A stretch of DNA of 64,000 bases from a virus (IMGVR_UViG_3300013939_000001:1-64000); one strand, 5' to 3'. Counted from the first letter of the stretch, positions 36,167 through 44,270 are shown. Numbers and translations are program-made. The notes: generated by a model from the letters alone, not told the origin.

Positions 36167-36519
36167 TCGGCCAGTTCCGGCTCGTAACGGCCGGTGGAGA
36201 ACGGCAGGCGCTCCATCAGGTCCAGCCGCTGATCTTCAGGGATCTGGTCGATCACGCCCATGAGCAGCTGGCAGTAGACCTTGGTCGTCGGGTTGGCATA
36301 CTCGGCGATCAGCTTCAGGCTCGTGCCATGGACGATCAGAGCGTGGCGCCAGAACGGGGCCACGTCATTCGGGAGCGGTTCGACTGTCGCTTCGTCATCG
36401 GACAGCATACGGCTGTCCAGGCCGGCGATGAGGATGCGCTTCTTGGAGAACGCGACGATGTGGTCCATCGTCAGCAGTTCGTCCAGGACCTTGTAGTTGG
36501 ATTGTTGGGTGAATCGCAT
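36163..36519 (-). CDS. hypothetical protein (118 aa)
   Basis: Frame of ORF 36163..36591; start placed at ATG 36519 with GAGG 5 nt upstream (MRFTQQSNYK...). Confidence 0.6.
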   Translation of the reverse strand: MRFTQQSNYKVLDELLTMDHIVAFSKKRILIAGLDSRMLSDDEATVEPLPNDVAPFWRHALIVHGTSLKLIAEYANPTTKVYCQLLMGVIDQIPEDQRLDLMERLPFSTGRYEPELAE

Positions 36520-36526
36520 GTTGACC

Positions 36527-36766
36527 TCAGTAACCGTAGCAGGTGGGTTGGATCGGACCGATGTAGCCGAACTCGTAGGTGCAGCGAGCACCGAGCGCGA
36601 TCTCCGGTCGGAAGGTGATGAACTTGCGCACCTTACCGTCCGGTTCGGTGATGATCACCACTACCGTCTCGGGACGATACTCGGACTGCGACGATGCGGT
36701 CTTGGCCTGTTGGGGGCAACCCACCAGAGCGGCAGCCGTCACCACGGCCAGAATCAGATTGCGCAT
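36527..36766 (-). CDS. small lipoprotein (79 aa)
   Basis: MRNLILAVVTAAALVGC: signal peptide plus lipobox LVGC. Confidence 0.65.
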   Translation of the reverse strand: MRNLILAVVTAAALVGCPQQAKTASSQSEYRPETVVVIITEPDGKVRKFITFRPEIALGARCTYEFGYIGPIQPTCYGY

Positions 36767-36984
36767 TATCTCAGTTTCTCTTTCTCAATGAAGCGGCTGA
36801 TGTGACGCCAGAGCTTCTCCCCGTAATGTAGCGGGAGGAAGTATGGCCAGAAGAGGATGATGAGCAGTCCCCAGATCGGGTTCCGGAAGAACGCTGGCCG
36901 ATTATTGTACGACATGGCCCAGACGAACATCATCATCACGCCGTAGACATAACCGGCGAGAAGAACTATGAGGGTATCAGGCAT
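36766..36984 (-). CDS. small membrane protein (72 aa, 2 TM)
   Basis: LIVLLAGYVYGVMMMFVWAM and IWGLLIILFWPYFLPL hydrophobic helices. Confidence 0.6.
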   Translation of the reverse strand: MPDTLIVLLAGYVYGVMMMFVWAMSYNNRPAFFRNPIWGLLIILFWPYFLPLHYGEKLWRHISRFIEKEKLR

Positions 36985-36986
36985 AC

Positions 36987-37505
36987 CTACCTCTGCGATG
37001 TCGGTTTGGTATACGTGCCCGTAAGCGGATCGATGAGTCGAAGTTGCAAATCAGTGACGAATCCGAATCGATCGCAGTAGTGAACGTCTTCTTTGCGGAT
37101 CAGGATTCCGCCGCAACGCTGGGCAATCAGAGCGACATCGGTGGTCGCTTTGGCCCAGAAGACCGGAGCGATCGAGAAGTCCAACGGCGCGTTGAGTGTT
37201 GAACTGATCCACAAGCGGCCGCGAGCAGGACGACCACCCAACGAAGACAACTCGCGGACGATATACTCCGGACCACGGAAGCCGAATTCGGAGGTGATCT
37301 CCTGGAGGATACCGGCGACTTCCGGCTGGACCCACCAGATGTAGAAGGGCAGCTCACTGTTCCGCTGTTTGATGAGCAAATCGGCTGCGGACACCGCGTC
37401 TGAAAGGACTTCCTCGAGCAGATCCGACTTATTCGGAAGTTTGGTGTTCCAGGACTCTTCAGACTTCTGAAGCTGCGGACGGTTGGGGAGACGGGGATCG
37501 GACAT
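36987..37505 (-). CDS. hypothetical protein (172 aa)
   Basis: Frame of ORF 36987..37604; start placed at ATG 37505 with AAGGAGG 5 nt upstream. Confidence 0.65.
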   Translation of the reverse strand: MSDPRLPNRPQLQKSEESWNTKLPNKSDLLEEVLSDAVSAADLLIKQRNSELPFYIWWVQPEVAGILQEITSEFGFRGPEYIVRELSSLGGRPARGRLWISSTLNAPLDFSIAPVFWAKATTDVALIAQRCGGILIRKEDVHYCDRFGFVTDLQLRLIDPLTGTYTKPTSQR

Positions 37506-37515
37506 GGCTACCTCC

Positions 37516-37887
37516 TTAGCGACGGCGCGGGAACGAACCGACGATACGACCGGTGGAGTCGTAGCAGACGCGATCGCAAGCCAGGCGACCATGATCGACG
37601 TCATTCACGTCCCCCTCCGGCAGCCAACGACGGACTTCATCGATGGAACCGATTTCCTTACCGTTGGTGTCGATGCACTTGTTGTGACGGTGGTTACAGG
37701 CAACAGCCTGCGGCACGTAGCCACCTTCCGGGGTACGGTTGGCAGCACGCGGGATGAAGTTCGGAACCGGAGCTTCTTCCGGATCCACGACGGTCAGACT
37801 GACCTTGAACGAAACGGACTCCGGAGGACCAGCCAGGACAGTGGCGGGGACCAGAGCGAGAGCGGCGAGCAGGAAGATCTTGTACAT
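37516..37887 (-). CDS. secreted Cys-containing protein (123 aa)
   Basis: Signal peptide MYKIFLLAALALVPATVLAG; ATG preceded by GGAGTTAACTCTC cassette. Confidence 0.65.
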   Translation of the reverse strand: MYKIFLLAALALVPATVLAGPPESVSFKVSLTVVDPEEAPVPNFIPRAANRTPEGGYVPQAVACNHRHNKCIDTNGKEIGSIDEVRRWLPEGDVNDVDHGRLACDRVCYDSTGRIVGSFPRRR

Positions 37888-37911
37888 GAGAGTTAACTCC
37901 TTGGTGGTTGG

Positions 37912-37960
37912 GGGACTATCCCACGGATGTTATGTTTATCAAATCCGATGGGATAGTCCC
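37912..37960 (-). repeat. long inverted repeat (about 17-bp stem) whose loop carries the 30-nt intergenic motif
   Basis: GGGACTATCCCACGGAT ... ATCCGATGGGATAGTCCC (12 perfect bp, 1-nt bulge, then 5 bp); loop GTTATGTTTATCAA; lies between 37969..38532 and 37516..37887. Confidence 0.8.
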
Positions 37961-37968
37961 TCCATCAC

Positions 37969-38532
37969 TTAGACTACCAGCGGCCCGTGAGCGTAGAACA
38001 ACGTCCCGTCCGGAACTTCCCACGTCTCACCATCGACCAGGGGGTGGTACACCCGCAACACCTCCCCCAGGACACTGTGTCGACGCAGGTAGATCTCGCC
38101 TGAGTCCACGCTTTCCAAAATGGCGTAATCGGACACCATGATTTCCATGTCGGGACCGTCTTCCCACGAAGCTCCAAGTGGAACCCAGCGACCCGGCTTA
38201 TTATCGCGACCGTTCAACCACTGGATCACGTTCTCGTGGGCATCGAAGCCATAGTACGTGCACTTGCGGTTGAAGTTGTAATCCTCACCAGTCCATTCTT
38301 TCAGAACCGTCAGGATCTTCTCGAGCACCTTACCCAGTGCCGCAGGTGGGACGTGATGGCTCAACTTGGCGCTGTAGTTGATCAGCTCCATGGAGTAACC
38401 ATTGGCCAGCTCGGTGCGCAACTTCCAGTGCAACTGGTGTCGTGCAGCGATCTCGACCACTTTCTTCAGGAGGATCGTGTTTCGTCTGGAACCGAACTGC
38501 ACGTACTCTTCGGTTTCATCCACGTAGCGCAT
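37969..38532 (-). CDS. hypothetical protein (187 aa)
   Basis: Frame of ORF 37969..38556; start placed at ATG 38532 (AAGGA SD, TGATATG junction with upstream stop). Confidence 0.65.
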   Translation of the reverse strand: MRYVDETEEYVQFGSRRNTILLKKVVEIAARHQLHWKLRTELANGYSMELINYSAKLSHHVPPAALGKVLEKILTVLKEWTGEDYNFNRKCTYYGFDAHENVIQWLNGRDNKPGRWVPLGASWEDGPDMEIMVSDYAILESVDSGEIYLRRHSVLGEVLRVYHPLVDGETWEVPDGTLFYAHGPLVV

Positions 38533-38533
38533 A

Positions 38534-38953
38534 TCAATCCTTGAGTTTGCCGACATACGGCACGAGAGGAAGTGGGATCAGTCCAGTCAGATCGATGTAG
38601 ATCACTCTTGGTTCGAAAGCGAAGTTGAGGATGTGGTGATGGCGATAACAGAAGAGTCGGTGACGACCATCCACGAGGTGACCATCGACACACACCAGCG
38701 GCGGAAGATCACCGATCGCCGATTTCATCCGCTCCAAGTAGGCGTCATCGCGACTGTCGGAAGGGTGATTGTTGATCACCACCTCCGGGAAGTTGCTGAG
38801 GAACGTACTCTTCAATGGCAGTGTCCGCCCCAGAGGAGTGAGCTCGTTGTCCACCATCAACAACTCCCGCTTACCGGCATCTTCGAACATGTCCAAGATG
38901 AGCGTCATCTGATCTTCGGGAAGTTCCGAAAGTGACATCGTGTACGACAACAT
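38534..38953 (-). CDS. ParB/Srx-fold (ParB N-terminal nuclease-like) domain protein (139 aa)
   Basis: PPLVCVDGHLVDGRHRLFCY matches the ParB-N/sulfiredoxin signature (..V....L.DG.HR..A). Confidence 0.45.
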   Translation of the reverse strand: MLSYTMSLSELPEDQMTLILDMFEDAGKRELLMVDNELTPLGRTLPLKSTFLSNFPEVVINNHPSDSRDDAYLERMKSAIGDLPPLVCVDGHLVDGRHRLFCYRHHHILNFAFEPRVIYIDLTGLIPLPLVPYVGKLKD

Positions 38954-38964
38954 GGTGATCTCCC

Positions 38965-39408
38965 TCAGGACGAGATGGTGGATTCGAAAGGAACGCTCTT
39001 GAAGTACTTGAGGTCCTCGTCTTCCGGGATGTTGATCTCCACCTGGCTCGGATCGATCAGTCGAGCCGCCTTACGGGCGACGTATTTGATCATGTCGGCC
39101 ATATGGATCAAATCTTCGGCATCGGTCAGGCTGAGATCTTGCAGCATGTTGCTGCAGGTCCTGCCGTCGTAACGCATGAACATCACGTAGACTGGAACGT
39201 TGGTAAGGGAGTTCGGATCGAACCCGCCCACCATACGACCTTCCGTGTCCTCACGCTCGGCCTCCGTCACCCGCCACACAATCGCATGCAGACGATGCGA
39301 CAGCTCGGCAGACGGAGTCCACGCCCACTGGATGACGAAACCAAAACCGTCCGTGTCGCGGCACAGCGCCAGTTCCGTCTCGAACACTTCTTTCTTTTTG
39401 TCCGACAT
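38965..39408 (-). CDS. hypothetical protein (147 aa)
   Basis: Frame of ORF 38965..39534; start placed at ATG 39408 (AAGGAGAGTGTG upstream), 10 nt after dcd stop. Confidence 0.65.
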   Translation of the reverse strand: MSDKKKEVFETELALCRDTDGFGFVIQWAWTPSAELSHRLHAIVWRVTEAEREDTEGRMVGGFDPNSLTNVPVYVMFMRYDGRTCSNMLQDLSLTDAEDLIHMADMIKYVARKAARLIDPSQVEINIPEDEDLKYFKSVPFESTISS

Positions 39409-39418
39409 CACACTCTCC

Positions 39419-40327
39419 TTAGGTGCGCGGCAGTACCACACCGGTCTGCTGCATGTACTTGCCGTCGCGATCCTTGTAGGAGGTCTCGCACTGTTCGTTG
39501 CCCTGGAAGAACAGCATCTGGGCAACACCCTCACCGGCGTAGATCTTGGCCGGCAGGTTGGTGGTATTGGAGAACTCCAACGTCACCTCGCCTTCCCATT
39601 CCGGCTCCAGCGGGGTAATCCCCACCACGATGCCGCAACGAGCATACGTCGACTTGCCCAGGCAGACCACCAGCGTGTCACGCGGGATACGGAAGTATTC
39701 CATCGTCCGTGCCAGAACGAACGAGTTCGGCGGGATGATGCAGTAGTCGCCTTCCACATCGACGAAGCTCTTCTCATCGAAGTTCTTCGGATCGACGATG
39801 GTGGAGTGGATGTTCGTGAAGACCTTGAACTGCCGGCCACAGCGAACATCATAGCCGTAGCTGGACGTACCGTAGGAGATGATCTTCTCCGGTTCCGGCA
39901 TGCCTTCCTCGACCATCCGCTCATAGACCAGCTTGGCGGTGGAGCGTGCGGTTTCGCGTTGTTCCTCGATGAGGTCGAACGCGATGTGGTCGGGCAGATT
40001 CGGATAGTCGTCCGGACTGAGCTTGTTCACTTCACGCAGGCGTTCTTCGGTGATCGACTCGAGCGTGATCTGGCGGTAACGCACCTGACCGGGCTCGAAC
40101 GGTTCAATCATCGGCGCAGGCCACTCGGCCAGACGACGCTCGGCCTCGGCCAGTGCCATCTTGGCGCGTTCGGAGTTGGGCTCGCCGACCTGATAGTAGA
40201 GATGGCTGCGCCAATCACGATCGTTGTTGAGCGAATCGGCGATGGCCTTCAGGCTCGGAGTCTGACACAGCTTGCGGATCTGGCGATCGGAAAGCAGGCC
40301 GCCACGGGGAATGATGCGATTGTTCAT
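39419..40327 (-). CDS. dcd: dCTP deaminase (dUTPase-fold Dcd) with two N-terminal insertions (302 aa)
   Basis: C-terminal ~175 aa [14 protein letters not shown]...[21 protein letters not shown]...[43 protein letters not shown]...[10 protein letters not shown] is colinear with the short proteobacterial Dcd. Confidence 0.85.
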   Translation of the reverse strand: MNNRIIPRGGLLSDRQIRKLCQTPSLKAIADSLNNDRDWRSHLYYQVGEPNSERAKMALAEAERRLAEWPAPMIEPFEPGQVRYRQITLESITEERLREVNKLSPDDYPNLPDHIAFDLIEEQRETARSTAKLVYERMVEEGMPEPEKIISYGTSSYGYDVRCGRQFKVFTNIHSTIVDPKNFDEKSFVDVEGDYCIIPPNSFVLARTMEYFRIPRDTLVVCLGKSTYARCGIVVGITPLEPEWEGEVTLEFSNTTNLPAKIYAGEGVAQMLFFQGNEQCETSYKDRDGKYMQQTGVVLPRT

Positions 40328-40352
40328 GGGTAAAAAACCTTTGAGATAGAAA

Positions 40353-40376
40353 GCCCCTCCCCTTTCGGGGAGGGGC
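40353..40376 (-). terminator. rho-independent-like terminator
   Basis: Stem GCCCCTCCCC/GGGGAGGGGC, loop 4 nt, minus-strand tail TTTCTATCTCAAAGGTTTTTT; after stop of AAA gene 40391..41623. Confidence 0.65.
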
Positions 40377-40390
40377 GTGACTGTGCCTAG

Positions 40391-41623
40391 TTAGGCGCGC
40401 AGACGGTCACCGGTGACGTCGACACCAACGGTGTCTTCACCCTCACCACTCTCGAGGTTGGCAGCGTTGGCGGCCTTGGCCCGCTGATCCATGATCTCCG
40501 AGTAGTGGTTGTCGAACTTGTACTCGCCGGTGTAGCTGGCGCCGAGCTTCGGGGTGAAGTTGTTGATGATCTTGAACTTGTAGGTGATCTCGTACTCACC
40601 GAAGGTCTCGGTGAAGCCGGCATCGCCGCCGTTCTCGTGGTTCTTGTAGTAGTCGACGGTTTCGACCAACGGCAGTTCGATGTCGAACAGGTTGTCGATG
40701 TCGCCCTTCAAGCAGCCACGTGCCGTGAGCGTGGTGGTATCCCAGCGGACGGTTTCCGGACGGATGAAGACCGGGGTGCCGTCCTTGTAGATCGTCAGGA
40801 CCTGGGGTTCCACACGACCCCAACGCGGCACGTTCATGATCTCCAGGAAGTCGTAGATCTCCTTGTCGGACTTGCACGGACGGATCATCTTGGCCACGCT
40901 GCACAGCATGTCCCACGAGATGTTGTGGGTGCTGACGTAGCGGGTCAGGCCGGCAATCTGTGCCGGGGTCAGCTGGAAGTGCTCACCCACTTCCAAGGCC
41001 GCATCGGTACGCAGATCCGAGAAGGTCAGACGGTAGCGGAAGCGACCCGGACGGTCGTAGATCATGTCCGGGAATTCCTTCTTCTCGTTGCCGGTCACGA
41101 CGAACAGGACGCCGGTCAGGGTGCTGTCGGAGAACAGCGGCAGCAGGCGAGCACGTTCACCCTCGTCGTAGAACTTGCCGAACTCGTCGAAGTACACCAT
41201 GCACGGGCCGGTGGCGGCGATGATGTGGCGCAGCATGTCCGGACCCAGCGGCTGGGAGATCATGATCACCGGCAGCCCACCGCCGATCATCCAGTTGCCC
41301 AGATCTTCAGCGAACATCGACTTGCCCGAGCCCTTCAGGCCGGCCAGCAGCACGCCCAGGGACGGATTGTGACGATCGTAGTCGTCCTTGATGCGTTCCA
41401 TGTGGCGGTTGTGGTGGCCGAAGCGCTTTTCCGGCACGGTGAAGGTCGCACTGACCTTGTTCCAGCGGATCTCGATGCCGGTGATCGGGTTGGACTCGAC
41501 GACGATCTCGTAGACCGCTGCCGGCAGGTGATCCACCGGCGGGGTCGAAGCGTCGTGGAGACGGAAGTTGTAGTGGCCGCCGCGATCCATGAACTGCTTT
41601 TCGAACTTGGAGTTGCTGGACAT
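40391..41623 (-). CDS. classic-clade AAA+ ATPase, paralogue 1 (410 aa)
   Basis: Walker A LLAGLKGSGKS, Walker B MVYFDEFGK, sensor-1 VVTGN, SRH/Arg fingers YDRPGRFRYRLTF; about 170-aa C-terminal domain with NVPRWG. Confidence 0.85.
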   Translation of the reverse strand: MSSNSKFEKQFMDRGGHYNFRLHDASTPPVDHLPAAVYEIVVESNPITGIEIRWNKVSATFTVPEKRFGHHNRHMERIKDDYDRHNPSLGVLLAGLKGSGKSMFAEDLGNWMIGGGLPVIMISQPLGPDMLRHIIAATGPCMVYFDEFGKFYDEGERARLLPLFSDSTLTGVLFVVTGNEKKEFPDMIYDRPGRFRYRLTFSDLRTDAALEVGEHFQLTPAQIAGLTRYVSTHNISWDMLCSVAKMIRPCKSDKEIYDFLEIMNVPRWGRVEPQVLTIYKDGTPVFIRPETVRWDTTTLTARGCLKGDIDNLFDIELPLVETVDYYKNHENGGDAGFTETFGEYEITYKFKIINNFTPKLGASYTGEYKFDNHYSEIMDQRAKAANAANLESGEGEDTVGVDVTGDRLRA

Positions 41624-41685
41624 CGTGTAATCCTTTTGTTTTTCTGAGAGTGAGGAGTGTTGCTAGGTACTACAGGGGGAAAGTG

Positions 41686-43002
41686 TTAGCCGACACCGGC
41701 AGCTGCGGCCTGGGCGATCGCTCCGAACAGGGACGCCATTTCCTGACGATCCTCTTCATCCATATCTTCCATTTCATCGCGGATGCCTGCATGGAAGTCC
41801 GGGCTGTTGGCCGACGTGTAGCCACGGCCCGCCGACAGATCGAACGGGGTATCGCCCGTTTCTTTCTTACCGACGCTGCGGGGACGGTTTTCGAAGTGCA
41901 CGAACGCACGGTCTTCCGGATCGCGGATACGCGAGTTGGACATCACCGCGAACACGCGGGAACTGCCGCCGCCGGTGGGTGCCACGCGGAAGGTCAGCTT
42001 GAAATCGCCAACTGAGATGGTGATGTCCGCTTCGGCCTTGCGATACCAGTCGCGGGATTCCTGCAGCGGGATCTGGACGATACGCTCGATGTCGAACTTC
42101 TCGCCCTCCAGGCAGGTGACCGTCAGGTGCTGACCATCGTAGGCGGCCTTGTCGAAGCGCAGACGCTTGCCGTTCTCCACGAGCTTGACCACGTTCACGC
42201 CCGACCAACCCCAACGCGGTACGTTGATGATTTCCAGACGATCGCGGATCTCGTCTTCGGTCTTGGCGCCCTTGATGTGTTCAGCCACCGAGGCCAGCGT
42301 GTCGTAGCCGATGCGATCAGTGCGCACGTAGCGCATCAGGCCAACAGTCTGCCATTCTTCCAGGCCGTGTGCGGCAGCCACTTCAGCCACGTCTTCAGCC
42401 GACAGGCCGGCGAAGTGCAGGCGGTAGCGGAAACGACCGGGACGATCGACCATCGGGTCGGAGAACTCGTTGTAGTCGTTGGCCGTGACAACGAACATCA
42501 CACCGCGCATGTCCGAATCGGAGAACAGCGCGATCATCTTGTCGCGCAGGCTTGTCTTTTCGTAGGTCTTGCCGAATTCATCGAAGTAGATGATGCACGG
42601 CCCGACTGCCTGCACGACCTTGCGGATGAACGGTGCGGGGATGGACGACATGACCATCAGCACCGGAACGCCCTGGGCGCGAATGCCCCAATTGCCGAGG
42701 TCTTCGGCAAACAGGGACTTACCGGCACCCTTGATGCCGACGAGCATCACACCCATCGACGGACTTTCGTGGTGGTAGTTCTCCTGGATCAGGCTCAGGT
42801 ACTTCTCGTGAGCGCCGTAGCGGGCGCCGCCCTGTTCGAAGTGGGTGCCGCGCTTGGACAGGCGCAGTTGGACACCCTGCTGGGTTTCGATCATCTCGAT
42901 CTCGTACACCGCCGGGTCCAACTTGGTGGTGGTACGGGACGGATCGAAATGTTCGAACGTCTTGAACGTTCCGTGATCATGGAACTGACTCTGCATGTGC
43001 AT
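41686..43002 (-). CDS. classic-clade AAA+ ATPase, paralogue 2 (438 aa)
   Basis: Start placed at ATG 43002; Walker A MLVGIKGAGKS, Walker B IIYFDEFGK, VVTAN, VDRPGRFRYRLHF, NVPRWG; acidic C-terminal tail DEMEDMDEEDRQEM. Confidence 0.85.
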   Translation of the reverse strand: MHMQSQFHDHGTFKTFEHFDPSRTTTKLDPAVYEIEMIETQQGVQLRLSKRGTHFEQGGARYGAHEKYLSLIQENYHHESPSMGVMLVGIKGAGKSLFAEDLGNWGIRAQGVPVLMVMSSIPAPFIRKVVQAVGPCIIYFDEFGKTYEKTSLRDKMIALFSDSDMRGVMFVVTANDYNEFSDPMVDRPGRFRYRLHFAGLSAEDVAEVAAAHGLEEWQTVGLMRYVRTDRIGYDTLASVAEHIKGAKTEDEIRDRLEIINVPRWGWSGVNVVKLVENGKRLRFDKAAYDGQHLTVTCLEGEKFDIERIVQIPLQESRDWYRKAEADITISVGDFKLTFRVAPTGGGSSRVFAVMSNSRIRDPEDRAFVHFENRPRSVGKKETGDTPFDLSAGRGYTSANSPDFHAGIRDEMEDMDEEDRQEMASLFGAIAQAAAAGVG

Positions 43003-43006
43003 GAGG

Positions 43007-43171
43007 CTACTCTTTGGGCTTAACAGGAGCTTTGCTTTTCGGGAGCAAAGCACGGAGCTCGCGACGGCGGACGCGCTCTTCAGGAGTCACGTCACGCCCT
43101 TTGCGAACGAGTGCAACAAACTCAGCGTAGTCACGTTTACGCTGAGCTTTCGCGATGGGACCTTCGGACAT
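43007..43171 (-). CDS. small basic protein (54 aa), not in ORF track
   Basis: ATG 43171 overlaps upstream stop (TGATG); MSEGPIAKAQRKRDYAEFVALVRKGRDVTPEERVRRRELRALLPKSKAPVKPKE; its stop TAG is 4 nt before the AAA-2 start. Confidence 0.5.
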   Translation of the reverse strand: MSEGPIAKAQRKRDYAEFVALVRKGRDVTPEERVRRRELRALLPKSKAPVKPKE

Positions 43172-43755
43172 CAGATGTGTTTGACGCCGTTGAACGGGTC
43201 GCGCTTGGCCGGAATCTCGAAGTCGATATCCACGGGGATATCCTTGTACCAGCAGACCATCGTGACGTGACCGCGGATACGTGTGACCTGACGGTAGCGG
43301 ATGTTGGTGAAGAGCAGTTCGGGGTTCTTCGCCACCAGTTCGCGGATGACGAACTCGTTGGCCTCCAACGGATCGTAGAACTTGTCGTCAGCGCGCTGCT
43401 TGCGCAACAGCTTAGCACGGGCGGCCCAGAACTGCTGGCGGATGTCGTCCGGAACGATCTTGTTGCGCAGATGGTGCGGGACAATGCGCACGATGTGCAG
43501 CAGCATGTCGCAGGGACGATGACCGACAAGCCTGGCCTTCCAGACCGCAGACTTCAGGCCGACCGTGAAGTTGTTGCGGGCTGGCCAATCCCTCAGGCCG
43601 GCACCGCCGTTGAAATCGGAAGGACTCAGAAAGACCTGGAACTGCCTGTCGAGCGATTGGGCCAGGAACTTGAACAGGTCGGCCCTGGTGAACTTCATGC
43701 TCGGATCGTAGCGCATCTGCAGATGGATCGGCGGACCCTTGATTTTGCGTCCCAT
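43171..43755 (-). CDS. hypothetical protein (194 aa)
   Basis: ORF track. Confidence 0.7.
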   Translation of the reverse strand: MGRKIKGPPIHLQMRYDPSMKFTRADLFKFLAQSLDRQFQVFLSPSDFNGGAGLRDWPARNNFTVGLKSAVWKARLVGHRPCDMLLHIVRIVPHHLRNKIVPDDIRQQFWAARAKLLRKQRADDKFYDPLEANEFVIRELVAKNPELLFTNIRYRQVTRIRGHVTMVCWYKDIPVDIDFEIPAKRDPFNGVKHI

Positions 43756-43757
43756 GG

Positions 43758-44270
43758 TCAGTCCTTCTTTTTGTTGTTCTTGCCGAAGTCGCGATGGATG
43801 ACATTACCCACGGTCTGTTCGACCGGAGCTTCCTGATCTTCCTGGTTGGACGGCTCGTCCTGCACGGCACCGATCTGACCCGGACGGATCAGCGGACGGC
43901 GTTCGGTCGTCGGACGACCCTTGACGACCGGACGGTTCGGATCACCCACCACACGGCCCACGCCGGTGTTGTGGTCGAACACGGCGATGATGTCAGCCGT
44001 GGGGAAGGTCAGGTGCGACGAGCGGCCAGAGAAGCGGCAGGTCATCGAGGCGGTCCCATCATGCAGCGAGAGGTTGGCCAGGGCCTTCGCACCCACGTTC
44101 AGGACGATCAGTCCTTCTTCGAGGTAGTTCGGCGGGATGAACCCGCTGATGTTTTCCGTACGGACCTGCAGGTACGGCAGACCATCGGCGGCGATGATCG
44201 CATTGATCATGGCCTGCGCCAGGTACGTTTCGAAGTCGTAGTGAACCGGGGTGCTATTCGTATCGTCCAT
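43758..44270 (-). CDS. SspB-like (ClpXP adaptor-like) protein (170 aa)
   Basis: Start at ATG 44270 (AAGGA SD). Core GLIVLNVGAKALANLSLHDGTASMTCRFSGRSSHLTFPTADIIAVFDHNTGVG is colinear with E. coli SspB GQIVLNIAPRAVGNLELANDEVRFNARFGGIPRQVSVPLAAVLAIYARENGAG (recalled). It is followed by a Pro/Gln/Glu-rich linker and a basic tail. Confidence 0.55.
   Translation of the reverse strand: MDDTNSTPVHYDFETYLAQAMINAIIAADGLPYLQVRTENISGFIPPNYLEEGLIVLNVGAKALANLSLHDGTASMTCRFSGRSSHLTFPTADIIAVFDHNTGVGRVVGDPNRPVVKGRPTTERRPLIRPGQIGAVQDEPSNQEDQEAPVEQTVGNVIHRDFGKNNKKKD

Noticed and set aside
40391-43002. A direct proteasome-activator reading of the AAA proteins (HbYX docking motif).
   Set aside because: The C-termini end ...GDRLRA and ...AAAGVG, so there is no hydrophobic-Tyr-X. 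I therefore kept the link to the HslV-like genes as a hypothesis only.
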